Shown in pieces: positions 36,978 to 46,568 of a DNA stretch of 64,000 bases; the stretch's first letter is position 1, and each line of letters opens with the position of its first letter. The stretch comes from Candidatus Latescibacterota bacterium. Lineage in GTDB: Bacteria > Krumholzibacteriota > Krumholzibacteriia > WVZY01. The notes beneath the pieces were generated by a model. It worked only from the letters and a program-made list of their open reading frames with translations, was not told the origin of the DNA and ran no database searches. Made by a program: the position numbers and the translations under genes. The DNA lies in contig CAWBQK010000011.1 in assembly GCA_963791045.1 (NCBI GenBank), positions 192,001 to 256,000 of the forward strand. Reading direction: 5' to 3'.

Positions 36978-39491
36978 ATGACCGGCAGACACCTGCAAGC
37001 CCTCATCTTTTTCAGTATCACCCTTCTCTTGCTTACGTCCGCTCTCGCCGCGGCGGGCGAATACACCGAAACATTCACGAACACGACCCACTTGAACCCC
37101 GGGCAGACGACCGCCGTCTGGGACACAGCGTCGGGACAACTCACGATGCCCGTCCCCCCGATCCTCATCGGGAGCGCCGCGACCGGCGGGCACGCGTACG
37201 CCGTCAAGATCTGGGGTGACCGCGCCTATGTCGCCGCCGGGACGGCGGGGCTCGAGGTCTTCGACATCACGGATCCCTCGGCGCCTTTCATTATAGGAAG
37301 CTACGACACGCCCGGCGAGGCGCTCGATGTCGCGATAAACGGCGGTATCGCCTGCGTCGCCGACGGCGACTCGGGACTCGTGATACTCGATGTGACCGAT
37401 CCCACGGCGCCGGCGCTCTCGGGGCGGTTTCAGACGGGCGGGCGCGCGCAGGGCGTAGTCTGCGAGTCGGTCTTTCAGGCCTGGGTGGCGAGCGGAACGG
37501 CGGGTTAGAGATCGTCAGAATCATTGACCCGGCGAACCCGATCCTTGAAGCGAGCCACGACACGTCCGGTGATGCCGCGGCGGTCTTTTACGCGGGGAGC
37601 CGGGTGACGGTGGCCGACGGCGCCGGCGGGCTCGTGCTCGTCGATGTCACCGACCCCTCGAGTCCTTCTCAAATCGGTTCGACGATGACCGCCGAGGCGG
37701 GCGACGTCTTCACCGATGGCAATTACGCGTATGTCGCCGACACGGCGTACGGACTGCGTGTGTTCAATGTCTGGGCGTACGGACTCAATATGCGAGGGAC
37801 GTGCCCGACACCGGGGACGGCGAAAGGTGTTTTTGTCGCGGGCACGCGGGCGTATGTTGCCGACGGCGACGCGGGACTTCGTGTGATCGATGTGTCGGAC
37901 CCGTGGACCCCGGTTCCCGTGACGGACCGCGACACCCCGGGCGACGCCTGCGATGTCGTCGTCGACGGCGAAACGGCCTATGTCGCCGACGGCCCGGCGG
38001 GGCTCCAGGTGTTCAGTCTTCGCTCGCCGGTTGCGCCCACGCTCCTTGGCACATACAACACGCCCGGCGAATCCCAGGCGGTCACTGTAGTGGGTGAAAC
38101 CGCCTATGTGTCCGATCATGACTTTGGGCTGCGTGTGATCGATGTCGCCAGCCCCTCGGGCCCGTTCGAGATCGGAAGCTACGTGCCGTCGTGGTACACC
38201 AATGCCGCTGCGGTTTCCGGCGGCTACGCGTATCTCGCGAATTCGTACAACGGGCTCACGGTCGTCGATGTGAGCATGCCCCCGAGCTTTCCGTTCGTTG
38301 GGGGCCGCGGTACGGTGGGACGGGCGACCGATATCGTGGTGGGAGGGATCGTCTCGCACACAGCCTGCGGGGACGGCGGCTACGCGCTGAACGTCATCGT
38401 GGACCCCACCAACCCAGGACAAGCCGCATACTGCAGTACGCCGGGATGGGCGGAGGGTGTCGACTACGCGGGGAAATACGTTTACATCGCCGACTATGAC
38501 GAGGGACTCCAGGTAATCGATCTCACACCGCTTGCCGGTCCCGAGATCGTGGGGAATTACGACTCATCGGGGCGGTCGATGGACGTCGCCGTCGCCGGTG
38601 ATCACGCGTACGTCGCCGATCTCGACGACGGGCTAAAGGTGATCGACGTGTCCGACGCGACGGCTCCGATACTTGTGGGAAGCTACACGGAAAGTCGCGC
38701 GTTTGAGATTTGCGTTTCGGGAGATTACGCATTCGTCGCGGCGGGTCAATCACTAGAGATGTTTGACGTGAGCGATCCCACGTCGCCCGTTTTTCTCGGG
38801 AACCACACGACACCCGATGTCGGCGCCGGGGTATTCGCACTCGGGGATTATGCGTATTTCGCAGCGGGGTACACGGGGCTCGAGATCTACCGTGCTTTTC
38901 AAAGTGATGCCGTGGGCGGTGTTCTCGTCGGGCAATCGCTCCCGATAGACGACACCGAAGAGTCAATCGGGTACGCTCGCCTCACGGCGACGCAGACCGA
39001 TTCGGTTGCCTGGGAGCTTAGCGCCGACGGCGGCGCGCACTGGCATGCCGCCACACCCGGCGGCGGCTGGGCCACGCTCACCCCCGGGAGCGATCTTCTC
39101 TGGCGGGCGGCGCTCACGTGGTCGACACCCGGCGTTTGCCCAACCGTGTCGGAGGTGACAATCGAGTGGCTACCCGAGGATGCGTCGGGTGTTGGAGACC
39201 CCGCGCCCAGCGGTTGAATTCAAACTGCATCAAAACGTTCCCAACCCGTTCAACCCATCGACGTTGATTCGTTACGAGCTCGCCGCGCCGTCGTGGGTCG
39301 ACCTTCGCGTGTACGACGCGACGGGCGCCCTGGTGCGCGTCCTCGTCGCCGATGACCGGCCGGCGGGCCCGAATGAAGCCCACTGGGACGGTAGAAATCA
39401 ATACGGCGCGCGCACCGCATCGGGCGTTTACTTCTATCGATTGAAAGCGGCGGGGTTCGAGATGACGCGGAAGATGGTGCTGATCGAATAG
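36978..39491 (+). CDS. Secreted LVIVD-repeat beta-propeller protein with FlgD-Ig/T9SS-like C-terminus (frameshifted)
   Basis: AYVADG..GL.VIDVSDP repeats across ORFs 36858..37508 and 37604..39217; sorting domain in 39180..39491 (QNVPNPFNPST...SGVYFYRL). Confidence 0.85.
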
Positions 39492-39635
39492 AACGTGGAG
39501 CCAGTCGTTCTCCTCTACGGTTGACTTGTCACCCCCTATTCGACATTGCAGGGTGTTCCCCAAAATTGCTAGGATGACCCGCAAGCGTAGACCCGGGACG
39601 CCTCCGCGGCAAAATCCCAGAAATTAATCAAACCC

Positions 39636-40457
39636 ATGCAAACCTGCCCAAATTGTCCAACGAGCACGCCGACACGGTTGATGTTCGAACTCGAATCCGG
39701 TATCCGCGTGCTCAAGTGCCGCGGGTGCGGGATCCAGTTTGCCGAGGACTACCCGGAAATGGAAGCGGCCGATTCGGAGATCTACGGACACCGTTACTTC
39801 GCCGAGGCGATCGAACAGCGGCAGGCGCGCGAGGCTACTTTCAAAGAATTGATGGCGGAGATCGAATCGGTGGCCGGCGGCAAAGGCCGTCTGCTCGACG
39901 TCGGCGCCGGCGACGGGATGCTTCTCGAAGCGGCGATCGCGAATGGGTGGCGGGCCGAAGGAATGGACGTCGCGACGGCCGCCGTCAAATACGCGCGCGA
40001 GGAGAGGGGCCTCACCGTACACCACGGTCTGATTGAAGACGTCCCGCTCGAACCCGGATCGTTCGATGTCATCGTCCTCAACCACGTACTCGAACACGTG
40101 CGAAACCCCCGGGAGACCCTGGCGCACCTGCGGACCCTTTTGACGCCCACGGGGATCATTCGGATCGAGGTGCCCAATGTGGGAAGTCTCTCCGCAAGAA
40201 CACAAAACCTGCAAAGCCGCCTCAAGGTCAAAAAGAACCTGTGGCGGCACTACGAGACCGGTCATCATTTCTGGTTTTTCACACGGTCGACCCTCACACG
40301 GACAATGCGCGGCGCCGGGCTCACGCCCGTGCGCGTCACGGCCGGCACGGAACAGTGGGGGGAGAAGAGCCTCTACATCCGCACCTTGAACGCCATCTAC
40401 AAACTCACCTTCTGGGGCGGCCACCTCGTTGCCTACGCCCGTTCGGCCGATTCTTGA
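39636..40457 (+). CDS. Class I SAM-dependent methyltransferase with N-terminal Cys pairs
   Basis: CPNC / CRGC; LLDVGAGDG; FDVIVLNHVLEHV; IEVPN. Confidence 0.88.
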   Translation: MQTCPNCPTSTPTRLMFELESGIRVLKCRGCGIQFAEDYPEMEAADSEIYGHRYFAEAIEQRQAREATFKELMAEIESVAGGKGRLLDVGAGDGMLLEAAIANGWRAEGMDVATAAVKYAREERGLTVHHGLIEDVPLEPGSFDVIVLNHVLEHVRNPRETLAHLRTLLTPTGIIRIEVPNVGSLSARTQNLQSRLKVKKNLWRHYETGHHFWFFTRSTLTRTMRGAGLTPVRVTAGTEQWGEKSLYIRTLNAIYKLTFWGGHLVAYARSADS

Positions 40458-40534
40458 TTTCACAATAATGAATCCCAAAAGAAAACGGCCCCATAACGGA
40501 GCCGCTTTCTTGCCAGCTTGCGGATCTACAACGG

Positions 40535-41178
40535 TTATTCGTAGAGCGCTTTGATCTTGCCCCATGTCGCGGCGCCGGTGGGCACCTCGCGATCGGCATT
40601 GAGCGCGCTGGGGTAATTCGGTTGATCCCAGTAGATGTGCGTGTCACCGGACATCCCCGTATAGATGATCTTCACGATGAGCGACTCGTTGTTGAGAACA
40701 AGCGTGGGGATGACACCGAAGTTGAAAGTGTAGAGAGCGCCGGGCATCACGTTGGTCACGGTCCCCGTGGCCGACGCGATGAGGGTCCCCTGGTTCATCC
40801 ACGCGCCTCTTCGCAGTTCGACTGTGATGGTGTTCGCTCCGGCGTAGTTGTTGGCGAACCAGATGTCCGCCCAGAAATGGAAGCCGGAGTAATCCCCGAC
40901 ATCATGGCCGTGCACCCGTAGTACGGGTTCTGCGGATCGAGATCGTAGTAGGGGAGTGACCCGGCCAGCGGGCCCGCATCCATCCATTCCCACTGGGGTG
41001 GGCTTGCCCAACCGTTCTGTCCCCATCCAACAACACCGGAGTCATCGAAATACCATGTCGTCACTGCCGGCAGGGCACTCGCCGTCCCGGGACCGATTAT
41101 GGCGATGACGGCAAAGATCACGGCGATCGCCACGAAAACGCGACAACGCTCAACACCTGGTTTGCAGTTATGTGTCAC
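40535..41178 (-). CDS. Secreted protein with C-terminal TWGKIKALY motif (frameshift near 40895)
   Basis: RBS AAGGAGG with GTG 41178; signal peptide in ORF 40795..41178; C-terminal half in 40535..41026 ending VPTGAATWGKIKALYE. Confidence 0.7.
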
Positions 41179-41766
41179 AACACAACCTCCTTTTAAGGGA
41201 TGCCATTTCGCGGGACGATGTGATTCGTCAAAATGTGTGGCTCAAATAGCGGAGCCGTTCATAGAGACCGGGTGTGTCAACAAGGTGCAAAGTCAAAGAG
41301 AGCGAGGGCGCGTTGTGTGGCGGCTGGTCAGTCTGTCCGCAATCGAAATGGCGGTGAGATATTTTGCGGCGGGCAGCAATCCGATTCCACCCGTCAAAAA
41401 GAGTATACACCACCTGGGAGCGGTTTTCCACATCACCCGCGCCGGCGAAGGGTCTACGGGCCCGCACCCTAAGTCCTTGCCAATCAACAAAAAATTGGAC
41501 TATAATATGAGAGGTACGCCGATGGGGGTGTGACTCATTCTGGCAGCACGACTTCGGAGCTTCCGAATCCATCGCGCGTCCTCGTCCCAGGAGACGCGGT
41601 GCGGTCTCTTGTCCGGACATCTTTGAAAAACATCTCTGACCGCCTCATTATATAGACGAATCGATGCATCGGTCATCGTCTCCCGTGGGACCGCTCCGCC
41701 TTGGCGTCGCCAGGACGTGAGGCGGCAACACAGCACATAATGTGTGATCTCACAGGAGGTTGTGCG

Positions 41767-43230
41767 ATGCGGAGATACGTGACCCTCGCGATTCTGCTGG
41801 TCGTCTTCACTCTGGCCTTCTCAAGAGCACGGCCGCCCCAACAGGTTGCCCCCACAGCAGTTAAAGCCAAGCGCACCCTCAGGATTCCCCGGTCGGATTC
41901 CCTGACGTTGGATGACCTCAAGCCCAGGGTCGCCCGGCTGGCAATGCTCAGGACGGAGCTCAAAAACCGGCGGTTTCTCGCGAGTGTGGCCCGCAACCGT
42001 CCCGGAATCGATCTTCAAGCAGTTGCCCGGCAATTCAACATAAGACTCGCGCCGGACCTTCGCGAATTCAGTATCCGCGACATCGAGATCGAAGTGTATG
42101 AGATCGAGAGGGTGTTTATTACGGCGGGCCTGACATACGGATCCGAAGACATCGAGGATGTTTACGATGAGCCGCCCCTGGATCCCACCACCGCGGCGCC
42201 GTTTGTGGACAACGAGAAGGTTCTCTACGTCGCGCGCTCGGTCGTGGCGATCGTCAAACGAACGGCGATGACGAAGGTGGGCAGCGAATGGCACATGCAG
42301 CTCAAACCGTTCAACACTATTCTCGGCGGTTACGGGGATTACTGCGAATTCGAAACATCGTACAACGCGCCGGCGACCCGCGCCGCTGGCACCGGTTTTC
42401 TGGTAGCGCCGGACATTATTGCCACGGCGGGACACGTCATCGACAGGCTCAGCATAAATCCGGCGGCCGCGCTCGACTCGGTCTATTTTGTTTTTGATTT
42501 CGTATTGAAATCAGATGGCGAGACCAAAGCCGTGTTCACCGAAGATGAAGTGTACGAGGGCACGGAAGTCATCGAAAAAAGAACGGGGATGCAGGCGGAC
42601 TGGGCGCTCGTTCGGCTCAACCGTGCCGCCGTCGATCGCGACCCGCTGGAGTATCGGCAGTCGGGCAAGATAGACGACGAGTCGTCCATATACATGATCG
42701 GTCATCCGAATGGGTTGCCGCAGAAGTATTCCGGGCCCGCCAGCGTCACCGAAAACACGCCGTGCGCGTATTTCCTCGGCAACCTCGACACCGGCCCGTA
42801 CAACTCGGGCTCTCCAGTCTTCAACGTAGATAACCATACCGTCGAAGGGATACTCGTCCGCGACATCGGCAATTTCGAGGAGATCTGCGACTGTTTCAAG
42901 GCGGCGCAGTACTCGCCGCGCATGGGCATCCCCGGCGTCGATGTGGTCAGAACCACCGAGTTCGCCGGATACCTGTCGAACCCCGATTCGTACCTGGTCC
43001 GATGCGAAGTGGATGACGGCGACCTGGCGGCGATCATCTCGTTTCCCGCCGACACGGTTTATATGGAAAAAGGCGAGTTTGTGCGGCTGGACTACGATAA
43101 CTGGGGAATCGAGCTCCTGGTATCATCGACGTGCAGGATTCTCTATTACCCCGAGAGGGGAACCGTGTGGGACATCACAAGCGTCCCCGGAACCGATCTC
43201 ACTAAAATGGAACAGGCGTGCTATCCATGA
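41767..43230 (+). CDS. Exported trypsin-like (S1) serine protease
   Basis: RBS GGAGG; signal peptide; GTGFLV, TAGHV, DWALV, IGHP.G.P.K, NSGSPV. Confidence 0.85.
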   Translation: MRRYVTLAILLVVFTLAFSRARPPQQVAPTAVKAKRTLRIPRSDSLTLDDLKPRVARLAMLRTELKNRRFLASVARNRPGIDLQAVARQFNIRLAPDLREFSIRDIEIEVYEIERVFITAGLTYGSEDIEDVYDEPPLDPTTAAPFVDNEKVLYVARSVVAIVKRTAMTKVGSEWHMQLKPFNTILGGYGDYCEFETSYNAPATRAAGTGFLVAPDIIATAGHVIDRLSINPAAALDSVYFVFDFVLKSDGETKAVFTEDEVYEGTEVIEKRTGMQADWALVRLNRAAVDRDPLEYRQSGKIDDESSIYMIGHPNGLPQKYSGPASVTENTPCAYFLGNLDTGPYNSGSPVFNVDNHTVEGILVRDIGNFEEICDCFKAAQYSPRMGIPGVDVVRTTEFAGYLSNPDSYLVRCEVDDGDLAAIISFPADTVYMEKGEFVRLDYDNWGIELLVSSTCRILYYPERGTVWDITSVPGTDLTKMEQACYP

Positions 43231-45806
43231 TCGGTAAGACGATTTCGAAATACAAAGTCATCGAACGCATCGGCGCCGGTGCGATGGGCGAGGTGTACAA
43301 AGCGGAGGACACCGAACTGCGGCGCCCCGTCGCGCTCAAGTTTCTCTCGCGCGAAATGACCCTCGACGAAACCTACGCGAAACGGTTCATGCGCGAAGCC
43401 CAGGCCGCATCTGCACTCGATCACCCCAACGTCTGCACGATTTACGAAATCAACCACACGCGCGACAAGCGCATGTACATCGCGATGGCCTACTGCGACG
43501 GTTTGTCGCTCCGTGAGCAGCTTGCCAAGGGGTTGATGGATGTCGGTTCGGCTGTGGGGTACGCGCTCGGAGTCGCCGACTGTCTTGCTCAGGCGCACCG
43601 AAAGGGCATCATCCATCGGGATATTAAACCGGCGAACCTGGTGGTGACGGGCGAGAGTGTCGTCAAGGTTCTTGATTTCGGGCTGGCCAAACTCGCAGGC
43701 CGCTCGCAGGTGACGTCGAGCGGCACGACGCTGGGGACGCTTTCATACATGTCACCCGAACAGGCGAAGGCGATGGAAGTCGACAACCGGTCGGATATTT
43801 TTTCGCTCGGAGTGACGCTCTATGAAATGCTCACCGGAGAGAGCCCATTCTACGCGGACAACGAAGCGGCCGTCGTCTACAAAATATTGAACGTCGACCC
43901 TACGCCGGTTTGTGAGCTTCGTTCCGAGGTGTCGGAAGATCTTGAACGCGTCGTGACGAAAGCGATGGAGAAGAATCCGGAGGATCGGTACCAGAGCATG
44001 GAGGAGTTCAGAGACGAACTCTTCGACGTGCTCCACGCCATCGAGCCGAGCCGGGCCATGCGCTTCGAGTCGTTCCGGCGGACGGGGAAGCGCCAGGTTA
44101 AGAAGCGTTCGCGGCTTATGTGGCCCTCGGTTCTGGCGGCCATCGTCCTCGTCGCCGTCGTTCTCAATTGGAGTTCGATCAAGAGAATCCTCGGGTTCGG
44201 CGGTGTCGGCGATTCGAAAGGCATCGCCGTTCTCCAGCTCGATGCGTCCTCGGTCGGCGCCGGAGGGAACGCGTTTGCGAAGGGGCTTGCCGTCGATCTC
44301 ACAAGCCGCATCCAGCGTCTCTCCGAGTTCGATCCCGATCTCTGGGTTGTCCCCGATGGCCGCGTTCGAAATGCCGGGATTGACGATCCAGCGCGGGCGC
44401 TAAAGACGTTTGGTGTCGACGCGGTCATCGTGGGCTCGGTTTCGGAAACCGAAGACGCCTACGGATTCGAGCTCCGGCTTGTGGATCCGTACGCGGTGCG
44501 TCCGCTGGCCGTGTTCGAATCATCCACCGACGATTATTCCTGGCAGAAGGAAATGTACGAATGGATAGCCGGCGTGCTCGAAGTCGAAATGGACAGCACG
44601 CAGGTGGGGATGTTGACGGCGGGCGACCCCGGTGACTGGGAAGCGTCGGGATTGGTGGTGGTTGGGCTTGGATACCTCACCGAGACGGACCCCGTGTATG
44701 CCGATTCCGCGCTCATGACCTTTGGCGACGCCTTGCTCATCGAGCCTGAATATGCGAGCGCGCATGTCGGGCACGCGCGTGCGTTGTATAGGAAGAATCG
44801 GCAATCGGAAGGTTCGGGGTGGGTAGACGACGCGGTGTCTTCGTGCCGCGCGGCCCTCGAGATCGATAGCCTCAGGGGCGACGCTTACCGCACGCTCTCA
44901 AACATCCACGCGAATGTCGGCGAAAACGACCAGGCGGTGGAGGATCTACTTCGCGCGATCCGGGTAAACCCGAGGGATTCGCGGGCCAGACACGATCTTG
45001 CTTTCACATATCTTCGCAATGGACGATACGACAAGACCGAGCAAATGTGCCGTGCCGCCATCGTTGCCAACCCTTCGTACTGGGGCGGCTACGAGGACCT
45101 GGGTTATGTCTGCTATGTACTTGGAAAGTACGATGAAGCGATCGCGCAGTTCGAAAAGGCCGCCGAACTTACTCCCGACTTCGGCCCGAATTATAACTAT
45201 CTCGGCGCTCTCTATTATATAAAGGAGAGATGGCCCGAAGCGATCGCCAACTTCGAGAAATCGTTCGCGCTCAAAAAGAACTACGAAGCGTGCGCGAACC
45301 TCGGGACGTTGTACTACATGGAGGGCCGGTTCGCCGACGCGGCGCGGATGTACGAGTGGGCGCTCGAGTACCACCCCTCCGATCATCTTGTTGTCGGCAA
45401 TCTCGCCGTGGCGTACTACTACATACCCGCGGAGAGGGAACGCGCTGCGCCGCTCTTCGAGAAAGCGATCACGTTGGCGCGCGCGAAGCTCGCCGAAACC
45501 CCGGGAGATGCGGGGCTGATGGCCGTCCTTGCCGGTTACTACTCGATCGATCACCCAGACTCGGCGGTTTACTTTGCCGAACAAGCATTGGCCATCGCGC
45601 CGGACGACTCGGAAGTTCTCTTTCGGGCCGCCGGAGTTTATGAACAGATCGACGAGCGGCCGAGGGCCCTGGTGCTTCTCGGCGACGCGCTCGCAAATGG
45701 GTATTCGTTGAAAGTTGTCGAGAACGAAGAGCAGTTCGTCGAGTTGAGAAAGGATCCACGGTACGCGCTGCTCGTGGCGGAAGCAAAAGAGTCGAAGGAC
45801 GATTAG
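43227..45806 (+). CDS. Transmembrane Ser/Thr kinase with C-terminal TPR domain
   Basis: GAGAMG, VALK, HRDIKPAN, DFG, GTLSYMSPE; TM segment; TPR repeats; ATGA overlap with the protease stop. Confidence 0.92.
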   Translation: MIGKTISKYKVIERIGAGAMGEVYKAEDTELRRPVALKFLSREMTLDETYAKRFMREAQAASALDHPNVCTIYEINHTRDKRMYIAMAYCDGLSLREQLAKGLMDVGSAVGYALGVADCLAQAHRKGIIHRDIKPANLVVTGESVVKVLDFGLAKLAGRSQVTSSGTTLGTLSYMSPEQAKAMEVDNRSDIFSLGVTLYEMLTGESPFYADNEAAVVYKILNVDPTPVCELRSEVSEDLERVVTKAMEKNPEDRYQSMEEFRDELFDVLHAIEPSRAMRFESFRRTGKRQVKKRSRLMWPSVLAAIVLVAVVLNWSSIKRILGFGGVGDSKGIAVLQLDASSVGAGGNAFAKGLAVDLTSRIQRLSEFDPDLWVVPDGRVRNAGIDDPARALKTFGVDAVIVGSVSETEDAYGFELRLVDPYAVRPLAVFESSTDDYSWQKEMYEWIAGVLEVEMDSTQVGMLTAGDPGDWEASGLVVVGLGYLTETDPVYADSALMTFGDALLIEPEYASAHVGHARALYRKNRQSEGSGWVDDAVSSCRAALEIDSLRGDAYRTLSNIHANVGENDQAVEDLLRAIRVNPRDSRARHDLAFTYLRNGRYDKTEQMCRAAIVANPSYWGGYEDLGYVCYVLGKYDEAIAQFEKAAELTPDFGPNYNYLGALYYIKERWPEAIANFEKSFALKKNYEACANLGTLYYMEGRFADAARMYEWALEYHPSDHLVVGNLAVAYYYIPAERERAAPLFEKAITLARAKLAETPGDAGLMAVLAGYYSIDHPDSAVYFAEQALAIAPDDSEVLFRAAGVYEQIDERPRALVLLGDALANGYSLKVVENEEQFVELRKDPRYALLVAEAKESKDD

Positions 45807-45885
45807 CCGCGCCGGTTGTGTCGTCGAGTCGTGGACTGATTCGGCGCCCGCCGCGCGGTTCGAACCCGTTGAAAAGGAGGTCCCT

Positions 45886-46314
45886 GTGCTAAAACTCGTC
45901 AAACCAATGCGGACGTTGACCGCGGTGTCGCTCGGTCTCGTTGTGTTGATTGCGATTGGCATGAGCGGTATTGTGGGATGTTTTGGCGACGATGAGATTG
46001 AGCTGTTTATCGTGTCGGATGGCGGGCGGTGCACGATCGCCGATGCCGACGGCAACAACAGGATAGAGGTTAAACAGGGCCAGTGGATCATTTTCAATAA
46101 CGAGACGAGCACCGACGTCGAACTGGATTTGTCGCCCAATTTGAGACTGTTTGGCGTGGTCAAGTTGATCTCGTACCGTGGCGGCAGCAAACTCAAGCTC
46201 ATGGTTTTCCCGGATGCGGCGACCGGAGAACATCCGATCCGCACCAACTGCGGAACGACCGATCCTCCACCGGTTATTATCGTTAACCCGCCTGGTGGTG
46301 GTGGGGGTGGTTGA
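45886..46314 (+). CDS. Small beta-rich lipoprotein (cupredoxin-like pattern, no clear Cu ligand set)
   Basis: RBS AAGGAGG with GTG; lipobox IVGC; IEVKQGQWIIFNN; tail DPPPVIIVNPPGGGGGG. Confidence 0.65.
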   Translation: MLKLVKPMRTLTAVSLGLVVLIAIGMSGIVGCFGDDEIELFIVSDGGRCTIADADGNNRIEVKQGQWIIFNNETSTDVELDLSPNLRLFGVVKLISYRGGSKLKLMVFPDAATGEHPIRTNCGTTDPPPVIIVNPPGGGGGG

Positions 46315-46348
46315 TCGGAGCAAGTAGTCAACCAAGTTAAGTCTTTTC

Positions 46349-46383
46349 AAGAACGGCCCGGAGACTCCGGGCCGTTTTGTTTT
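46349..46383 (+). terminator. Intrinsic terminator
   Basis: AACGGCCCGGAG / CTCCGGGCCGTT followed by a T-rich tract. Confidence 0.75.
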
Positions 46384-46568
46384 GACGATCGAGCCGACCG
46401 CACAGTCAATATTTTATCGGCAGAAATCCGTCCGATGCTTTCACCCCTAATTTGATATTTGATTCTCGTTTGTGTATACTTGACTGGTAGGCTTCCTACG
46501 GATAACCAGCAACTATGCCGCGCTTGTGCCTCATAACTACGTCGCCATGTGGCGACGGGGAGAAAATC

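Noticed and set aside
41376-41389. Possible sigma54 promoter TGGAATCGGATTGC upstream of the 41178 gene
   Set aside because: GG-to-GC spacing is 9 nt rather than the required 10
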